Positions 10,755 to 17,653 of a stretch of DNA of 58,514 nt are shown piece after piece. The translations under genes and the position numbers were made by a program. The first letter of the stretch is position 1; every line of letters begins with the position of its first letter. Source of the stretch: Bacilli bacterium (GTDB taxonomy: Bacteria > Bacillota_I > Bacilli_A > JBKEDG01); NCBI GenBank assembly GCA_047973085.1, contig JBKEBI010000047.1, positions 1 to 58,514 on the forward strand. The letters are read 5' to 3'. The notes under the pieces were generated by a model. That model ran no database searches. It was not told the origin of the DNA and was given only the letters and a program-made list of their open reading frames with translations.

Positions 10755-11111
10755 TTAAAGTTCCTTATTCGTATTTTCATCTATTCTAAATAAAATAATT
10801 TGTCTTATCAACTGAATTGGTAAATCTTTATCATGTGGTAATTGTATTGATCCTTTTGCATGCTTAAAATTAGTTAATTCTGGCTCAAACTTAGCTATAG
10901 CACTTGGAAGTGGATACAATCCAATATGATTTTTAAACGCTGCAAAATGCACTAAATTTCCGTTTAAAAAGAATGTAGGCATGTTATAGCTAATCTTCTC
11001 TTCTACATCTGGAGCTAATTCCTTAATTAATTTTCTAATTTCATTTAATCTTTTTTGAATCTCTAACGGGTATTCTTGAATATATTCATCAACACTTTTT
11101 ATCTTAGACAT
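10755..11111 (-). CDS. DUF1801/YdhG-like protein
   Basis: SVDEYI, EKISYNMPTF, HFAAFKNHIGLYP, KGSIQLP. Confidence 0.88.
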   Translation of the reverse strand: MSKIKSVDEYIQEYPLEIQKRLNEIRKLIKELAPDVEEKISYNMPTFFLNGNLVHFAAFKNHIGLYPLPSAIAKFEPELTNFKHAKGSIQLPHDKDLPIQLIRQIILFRIDENTNKEL

Positions 11112-11279
11112 AATTTCACCTCATTAAATGTATTTAATATTATTATACCAAACATAACTATTTATATTAACTATATTTCCTAAATCATTACACTTTATAC
11201 GTTCAATTCCACCTATTTTTAGCTACAGAAAATTTAATCAACTTGTGTCAAAATCATTTTTCAAACGTATAGTAATGAG

Positions 11280-11507
11280 TTATTTATCTTTACATATGTA
11301 TTCATGAATTTTGCTTATATATACAGTGATAGTTAATAAAGTTGATATAAACCATATATTAAAAACCGCTTTATATAGATATGAACTTAAGAAGTCATTA
11401 TCAACTGTTGCAACCATAGGTAAAATTATAAAACCTATTAGAACACCTCCAAGTATTACTGTTAAAAAGCTATAAAATTTTGCATCATTTCTACTTATTT
11501 TTTTCAT
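11280..11507 (-). CDS. Small two-TM hypothetical membrane protein
   Basis: 75-aa ORF with GAAGGGA RBS and two hydrophobic segments. Confidence 0.55.
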   Translation of the reverse strand: MKKISRNDAKFYSFLTVILGGVLIGFIILPMVATVDNDFLSSYLYKAVFNIWFISTLLTITVYISKIHEYICKDK

Positions 11508-11586
11508 AATCTTTTCCCTTCATCTATATTTCATTTTGTGAGTCATATATTTTTCAAAATAATTATTAGTAGTCAATAAAACTTTC

Positions 11587-11883
11587 TTAACTATTTTCAT
11601 ATCGTCTAGTTCCTAAAGCTGTTATAGTAAGTAGTACTATGAACACAAGTATTGTAATCAATATAGAAAGTCCATTTTCTAAATCATATATGTCAAAAAT
11701 AAAATATAGTCCAATCATAATTATTGATATAATCATAAGATTTAAACCAACCCATCTTGCAAGACCATTCTTATCTGTAACTTTCTTTTCATCATAACCT
11801 GCTATAATTTCAACCACTTTGAATCTCCATATTATAATACCTAATATAAATGTAGGTATTGAGCCTATTGCAAGTACTATCAT
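11587..11883 (-). CDS. DUF3784-like small membrane protein
   Basis: IIAGYD...DKNGLARWVG motif, three TM segments, AGGAGG RBS. Confidence 0.7.
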   Translation of the reverse strand: MIVLAIGSIPTFILGIIIWRFKVVEIIAGYDEKKVTDKNGLARWVGLNLMIISIIMIGLYFIFDIYDLENGLSILITILVFIVLLTITALGTRRYENS

Positions 11884-12206
11884 TTTAACTCTTCCCTCCT
11901 TACTTTTAAATAAGCCATTTTACTATTTTTATTGGCTCTTAATCTAAAGTATAAAAGTGCTAATTTATATAAGTACTATACTTTTCAAAATTAAAATATA
12001 TTTCTTACAAAATTAGGTAAAATCAAGTATTTTCTAAACAGTAACATAACATAGATGTTATGTCAAGATTTGACATCACTTAAACCATTAAATATGATAA
12101 TATACTTTCGTACTGTCAGGTAGTAATCAAAAATTTTTTCTAATTGCATAAGATACAATTTTCATGCTTTAACGATACATGATATGTTTCAATCTAAGCG
12201 TTGTGG

Positions 12207-12286
12207 ATGGCTACTCCTGTATTTTGGAGTATCAAAAAACCCTTATAGAATAAGGGCTTACGTCATAAATGGTCGGGAAGACAGGA
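12207..12286 (+). repeat. Distal copy of the 80-bp direct repeat (att site: tRNA 3' fragment plus terminator)
   Basis: 69/80 identical (hand count) to 16761-16840; 12270-12286 TGGTCGGGAAGACAGGA equals the last 17 nt of the tRNA. Confidence 0.92.
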
Positions 12287-12501
12287 CTTGTTAAAATCGT
12301 TTCTTATATTCCATATTTTCCGTATTTATTAGGTTTTGAATAGCACTTTCCACCTGATTTTGCCTTTTCTATAAAAAAATGGCTACTTTTGTGGCTACTT
12401 CTCATTTCTAATTCATTATATCATATTTAATCCATATATTAAAGTAATTTATATTCTATTTTTTACTATGTCTAATATATGCAAATAGCATTATAGGTAT
12501 T

Positions 12502-12532
12502 AAAAAAGTACGAATGTTTTGATACGTACTTT
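12502..12532 (-). terminator. Intrinsic terminator after the R-M specificity gene
   Basis: Minus strand AAAGTACG...CGTACTTTTTT. Confidence 0.6.
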
Positions 12533-12537
12533 AAGAA

Positions 12538-13695
12538 CTAAATTAATTTATCACTATAAGGTAATGATTTAATATAATTTTCAATCCATTTCCAATCTGG
12601 AATATATCCTTCATTAGAAAATTGTTTTGTTTTATCAATAACAAATCCATTTTCATCGCTTTGTACAGGTAACTTTATTACGAAATCTTTTTTATAATGC
12701 GTATTAAGTTCTCTCCCAAAAGCTTGGTATTTTATTTTACACTCATTTCTAATCAATGTTGCAAGGAATAACTTGACATAAACACTCATAGGAATTTTTT
12801 CAAGCAAAACAGCTACATTCTGAGCTGTATAAAATGGTTTATCCTGAATAAAACATGAACCTAAAAAACTTCCACCTAAAGCTAAAGACATTGCACCTTT
12901 TGGAAAAGGATTTTCTCCTTCAATTTCATCTACAAAATCAACTACTCCATTTCCATTACTATTACGAGACACATAGTTATACTTAGGCTCATCAGAAGTT
13001 GTACTCATTGTATCTATCCCATTTCCCATTGTACAATTCATAAGATCGTGTAAATAAAATGGTTTCCAATTTTGTGTATTTAATCTTAAGATATTTTCAC
13101 ATTTATTTTCTGTAGTCAATGGTTTGTGATTTAATGTTTTTATATAATTCTTCATAAAATTCCAATCAGGTATATACCCTTTGTCAGAATACTTAAATTC
13201 ACTATCAATAACATATTCGTTGTTGTCTTGTAGAACTGGTAATTTAATCTTAGATTTTGCCATTCGGGTAGGACGCCACTTTCTACCATATCCCCATCTG
13301 TATTGGTCATACATAATGACAGAAGCAATAAATAGACCAGTGAACTCGTCAAACTCACCATCTTTTCTGTATAATATATTTACGTCGTGACTACAAGTAA
13401 AAGTTTCATTTTGAAAAAAAGCATAACCAACTGAACCATTATTTGTTACACATACTGCATTTGATCTGAAAAGCTTCTTTTCTATCGGAGCATTAGGTTC
13501 ATTTCCTGTTTTAGAAGCGTTTTCAATATCTTCTAAACTATAATATTCCGTTACTCCATTATTGTTATCAACAGCACCTAAAAATGGTATATTTCCTTTA
13601 TTTGATAACTCAGGTTTTTTATTATAAAAACCCTTTTCTATCACAAATATTTTATCATAGTCAAAGAGTTTCCACCTTTCCTGATTAAGATTCAT
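12538..13695 (-). CDS. R-M specificity subunit with two TRDs (BcgI beta/HsdS-like); likely start MNLNQ at 13695
   Basis: Two homologous halves, each ending IKLPV...GYIPDW...NYIK(T/S)L; GAGGGGGG RBS overlapping the upstream gene end. Confidence 0.85.
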   Translation of the reverse strand: MNLNQERWKLFDYDKIFVIEKGFYNKKPELSNKGNIPFLGAVDNNNGVTEYYSLEDIENASKTGNEPNAPIEKKLFRSNAVCVTNNGSVGYAFFQNETFTCSHDVNILYRKDGEFDEFTGLFIASVIMYDQYRWGYGRKWRPTRMAKSKIKLPVLQDNNEYVIDSEFKYSDKGYIPDWNFMKNYIKTLNHKPLTTENKCENILRLNTQNWKPFYLHDLMNCTMGNGIDTMSTTSDEPKYNYVSRNSNGNGVVDFVDEIEGENPFPKGAMSLALGGSFLGSCFIQDKPFYTAQNVAVLLEKIPMSVYVKLFLATLIRNECKIKYQAFGRELNTHYKKDFVIKLPVQSDENGFVIDKTKQFSNEGYIPDWKWIENYIKSLPYSDKLI

Positions 13696-15550
13696 GTAAT
13701 CCCCCCTCTTTAACAAGATATGAAAGATAGGAATTAAGGACTTTTTGAAAGTCATCTTCACATAAATTAGAATAATCAGTTTCCATATACGCTTCTGCTA
13801 ACCATTCATCTTCGTATGTAACTCTATGCATTACAGATAAACCAACTTCTTCTCTTTTATTTTTGTATAATTCTAACCATTTTTCTTTTGTTTTAACCCA
13901 AAGACTATTTCCATCAACATCAGTTCGTTCAACTCGCCCCAAACCTTTTCTTTTAATAAATTTATCATCTTTAAAATAGCCAAAAAATGTATCTCTATTG
14001 GATTTTTCATGTTTTTGTGATAAATCAAATACCATACAGCATGCTACAGCAGAAGCACCTGGATAAAACATTTCGTTAGGTAATGAAAATACTGCGTCTA
14101 ACGTATATTTGTCTAGCATCTTCTTTTTAAATTCTTTTACATGAGCAGAATTTCCAATGGCAGCTTGCATTGGAAGTAGCACTGCTAATTTAGTTGAAGG
14201 CAAAACATGCCTAGCTACCCATTCTACAAAATGTAAACCTTTTGATGGGTCTTCTTTTTGCTTTGATGTCCATTTTTTTGTATATGATTGCTCACAGAAT
14301 TTTCTTGTTGCATTGTATGGGGGATTCATTAAAACCACATTGATGTTATTATCTTTAATCCATTTACCTTTGTCAAACATTGAATCATTTACAACATTAG
14401 AGTTTCCATCTCCATGTATAAGCATATTAGTTGAAGCCAAACCAAAAGCTCCTTCTTCATATTCTATACCAAATATTTGATTTTGTTTTACATCTTCTCT
14501 CTCTTCTTCAGTATCACAATCGTCCATTGCTTCTGTCATAGCTCTAACTAAAAATGCCCCACTTCCACAACAGGGATCAAGAACTCTCGAATTTTTATTA
14601 ACACCAACTACACTGGACATAAAATCACAAATATGGTCTGGTGTAAAAGCTTGATTTTTATCTGACTTTCCAACATATTTATTAAAAGTTGTAAAAAATA
14701 GATTTAGTAAGTCTTGACCTGCTGTATTCTTATCGTTGATATAAGGTACAATATTTTCTTCTACAAATACTAATACTTCTTTCAGTTCTGAATAAGTTAG
14801 ACTAGTAACATCTTGGTCACCTAAAACTTTGTTATTTAATATTGCTAACTTGCTAGCTTTATTTAAACTTCCACCTTTAGTTAATAGCCCTTCTAGTATG
14901 TCTTGTATACTTTTTATTATAACTTTTTCAGGTGAAATAGTTTCTCCTGTTTTAGGGTCAATAGTCTCTTTAACATCTTTATATACAAGTCCATTTTTTA
15001 AAGCTAGTAAACAAGTACCAACAAATTGACTACGTAATTTTTCGTTTATTCCATCAGCATGTAGTTTATCATTTAATAATTTAATTGAGTCTACGATTTT
15101 TATTTTATCATTGATTTTACCAAAAAGTAAATCCTCGTATTCCTCAAATATTTTTAAAGTTGTTTCAGTTGTTGATTTATGTTCATCATCAATAATCACA
15201 GATTGACCATACCACAGCCATAATTCATCACCATCAGTTTCTGCAAGTATTGCAATAATTTTTTTATCAGAGTATTCCTTTTCAAAACGAACGTATTCTT
15301 GTAATTGTGATTGAATTTTATTCTTATCCCACTTTGAGAACTTATTCTTACATTCCACCAAAATAACTAATCTCTCATTTTCAAAGCGTAAATCAAGATA
15401 TTGATGATTCTGACCAGATGTTGCATTTTGATATTGCTTAATATCTTTTCCAACAGATTTCAACGCCTGAACATAGCTAAACTCTCCACTTTCTGTATTA
15501 CCAACTCTGTATTTTTCACCAATTTTAGAACTAATGTCAAATCTATTCAT
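13685..15550 (-). CDS. Fused endonuclease/N6-adenine methyltransferase (BcgI alpha-like, Type IIB/IIG)
   Basis: N-terminal LD-x10-ECK PD-(D/E)xK-like motif, FTPDHI, LDPCCGSGAFL (motif I), MNPPY (motif IV). Confidence 0.88.
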   Translation of the reverse strand: MNRFDISSKIGEKYRVGNTESGEFSYVQALKSVGKDIKQYQNATSGQNHQYLDLRFENERLVILVECKNKFSKWDKNKIQSQLQEYVRFEKEYSDKKIIAILAETDGDELWLWYGQSVIIDDEHKSTTETTLKIFEEYEDLLFGKINDKIKIVDSIKLLNDKLHADGINEKLRSQFVGTCLLALKNGLVYKDVKETIDPKTGETISPEKVIIKSIQDILEGLLTKGGSLNKASKLAILNNKVLGDQDVTSLTYSELKEVLVFVEENIVPYINDKNTAGQDLLNLFFTTFNKYVGKSDKNQAFTPDHICDFMSSVVGVNKNSRVLDPCCGSGAFLVRAMTEAMDDCDTEEEREDVKQNQIFGIEYEEGAFGLASTNMLIHGDGNSNVVNDSMFDKGKWIKDNNINVVLMNPPYNATRKFCEQSYTKKWTSKQKEDPSKGLHFVEWVARHVLPSTKLAVLLPMQAAIGNSAHVKEFKKKMLDKYTLDAVFSLPNEMFYPGASAVACCMVFDLSQKHEKSNRDTFFGYFKDDKFIKRKGLGRVERTDVDGNSLWVKTKEKWLELYKNKREEVGLSVMHRVTYEDEWLAEAYMETDYSNLCEDDFQKVLNSYLSYLVKEGGLHES

Positions 15551-15636
15551 TAACGTTCCCCTCTCTAGTCGTAATGTTGAGTATTTATCGTTAAAACAAA
15601 TTTATAGTATTTAACAACAATTATATTATATTATAA

Positions 15637-16727
15637 TCAGATTATATAATCAAGTTTATCTGCTATTTCTCTATCTTTACTATCATAAAGATGTCCATAC
15701 ACGTTTAAAGTAATTCCAACATCAGTATGACCTAATCTTTTCTTAATTGCTAATATATCTTCCTTCGTATGAATAAGTAAAGCAACATGACTATGTCCTA
15801 AGTCGTGAATTCTAATTTTAGGTAAGTTTGCTTTTTTAGTATATTCAGTAAATTTTCTATCAATTTTAGTTTTAGCAAATATATCATTGTTATAAGAAAA
15901 AACATATGAAGCATCATCAAAGTGTACAAAATCATTTCTACACTTTTCTTTGTAAGAAGCTAAATTGTCAACAAGTTTGTTATTTATCATTACATGTCTT
16001 ATTGATGATTCTGTTTTGGGTTTTGATATAACATAACCTATTCTAACAATATATGAGCAACTTTTATTTATTTTAATCCATTTCTTTTTTAAATCAATGT
16101 CGTTCCAAGTGAGAGCTAATGCTTCTCCGCTTCTTATTCCAGTAAAGTACATTAAGTAGAATAAGGTGTAGTAAATCTTGTTATCTACATTTTCAATAAA
16201 GCCTTTAAACTCATTAATAGTCCAAAACTTCATAGTAACTTTTTCTTTCTTAAAATTGTCAATTGTAATTGATGGATTCTTATATATTAATTCCTGCTTC
16301 ATGCAGTAATTAAAGAATGTTTTAAGTGCAGTTAAAATATACCTTTTGTAGTTGTTACTAATATCTTGCTGTGCTAGTAAGTTTCTAAATTCAGCTACTT
16401 CTTTTTTTGTAATATCTCTGATTCTAAACTTTTTAAAATGTTCTGTAATATGGTTTCTAAAGATATTACATTTCTTTTCATAAGTAGATGGTTTATCATA
16501 CATCTTTGAATATTCTAGATAATCTTCAACTACTTTTTCACTGATGGATTGTCTGTTACATCAATTCCTTGATTCTCAAGATTAGTTATTTCATTTAGAA
16601 CTTCCTTTGCCTCTTTGTAAGTTTTAATACCTCTTCTTACAATTCTTTTTCTCTTACCAGTTTTTAGATTAATTCCTGCTGAAATATCAACAATATAGTC
16701 ATTGTTTTTGTCTTTTCTTATAGACAT
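15637..16727 (-). pseudogene. Tyrosine integrase, frameshifted at about 16533-16540, with HxxR changed to HxxG
   Basis: N-terminal arm-binding part (16530-16727) and catalytic part (TGIRSGE, PKT, HDLGH, LGH, Y) lie in different frames. Confidence 0.88.
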
Positions 16728-16760
16728 TTGAATCATCTCCATTCTAGAAATGAAAATAAA

Positions 16761-16840
16761 ATGGCTACTCCTGTATTTTGGAGTATCAAAAAAGCCTTAT
16801 AGAATAAGGCTTTCAAAACATAATGGTCGGGAAGACAGGA
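16761..16840 (+). repeat. tRNA-proximal copy of the 80-bp direct repeat
   Basis: Matches 12207-12286. Confidence 0.92.
16788..16813 (-). terminator. Intrinsic terminator downstream of the tRNA
   Basis: Minus strand AAAGCCTTAT-TCT-ATAAGGCTTTTTT. Confidence 0.8.
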
Positions 16841-16900
16841 TTCGAACCTGCGACCCCCTGGTCACAAACCATGTGCACTACCAAGCTGTGCTACTTCCCG
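16824..16900 (-). tRNA. tRNA with a Pro-type body but UGU (Thr) anticodon
   Basis: CGGGAAGTAGCACAGCTTGGTAGTGCACATGGTT-TGT-GACCAGGGGGTCGCAGGTTCGAATCCTGTCTTCCCGACCA; 77-nt cloverleaf with encoded CCA; anticodon at 16866-16864. Confidence 0.93.
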
Positions 16901-16911
16901 AACGATAGTTC

Positions 16912-16940
16912 ATTATATCAATTTTTAAAATCTAATGCAA
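16912..16940 (-). promoter_or_regulatory. Sigma-A promoter of the tRNA
   Basis: TTGCAT-17 bp-TATAAT with extended -10 TG, ending 11 nt before the tRNA 5' end. Confidence 0.85.
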
Positions 16941-16959
16941 TAGTTTTTCAAAATTTTAT

Positions 16960-17604
16960 TTATTCATTTTCTGTAGTAAAAATATATCCAATATTTCTTT
17001 TGTTTTTTATATTAATATTGTATGGTTTAATTTTCCTTTTTAATGTACAAACATATGTATCTACTGATCTTGTTTTTTCATTAGAGTTCCATATTAGTTT
17101 TATTAGTTCTTGCTTTGAAATATATTTATTTATATTTTTTATTAATATATATATAATCATAAACTCCTTATATGTTAAATTTAGTACATTGTTATCTATG
17201 TAAACCTTTTTTTTATTATAATCTATAAGTAAATTTTTATATTTTACACAATCATATTTTAACTTATTCAAATATTTTGAAAAAGTTCTAATTTTGTAAA
17301 GTAATTCAACATATGAAAAGGGATAGATAAAATAATCATCCATTCCAATTTCATAGTTTGTTAAAATAATTTTTTGATTATACTCATTAAAGATACAAAT
17401 AATAATTGCATCTGATTTTTTTCTAAAATATTCTAAATTAGTAAAAGTAGGCTCTACTAAAATTACTATTTCACCAAATTTAATATTACCTAAGGCATAT
17501 ATACTACTATAGAATAAACAGTAAAATTTAAAATGTCTAGAAAAATACTTTAAATTTTTGTTCAATTCTTTATTTTGTGAAACAACGTGTAAATAATTAT
17601 ACAT
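16960..17604 (-). CDS. OmpR-type winged-helix regulator with degenerate receiver domain
   Basis: GMDDYFIYPF, LTYKEF, IW...TRSVDTYVCTLKRKI, RNIGY; no recognisable acidic pocket. Confidence 0.75.
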   Translation of the reverse strand: MYNYLHVVSQNKELNKNLKYFSRHFKFYCLFYSSIYALGNIKFGEIVILVEPTFTNLEYFRKKSDAIIICIFNEYNQKIILTNYEIGMDDYFIYPFSYVELLYKIRTFSKYLNKLKYDCVKYKNLLIDYNKKKVYIDNNVLNLTYKEFMIIYILIKNINKYISKQELIKLIWNSNEKTRSVDTYVCTLKRKIKPYNINIKNKRNIGYIFTTENE

Positions 17605-17653
17605 AAAACCACCTATTAATTATTATAGATTACAATAATTAATTTTAGTTTAT

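Larger units (their letters stand above)
12270..16840 (-). mobile_element. tRNA-integrated mini genomic island (integrase plus R-M cargo), about 4.6 kb
   Basis: Duplicated tRNA 3' end at both borders, tyrosine integrase next to the tRNA, defence cargo. Confidence 0.88.

Noticed and set aside
12207-12400. CRISPR array or integron attC cassettes near the small accessory genes
   Set aside because: There are no regularly spaced repeats with unique spacers, no cas or intI gene, and no attC-like structures that I could find.
13701-13706. G6 tract at the R-M gene overlap as a phase-variation switch
   Set aside because: It is too short for typical slipped-strand switching and is explained as the SD of the specificity gene plus Gly codons.
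16823-17203. 126-aa plus-strand ORF MVGKTGFEPATPWSQ...
   Set aside because: It is the antisense translation of the tRNA and the regulator gene, a classic spurious ORF.
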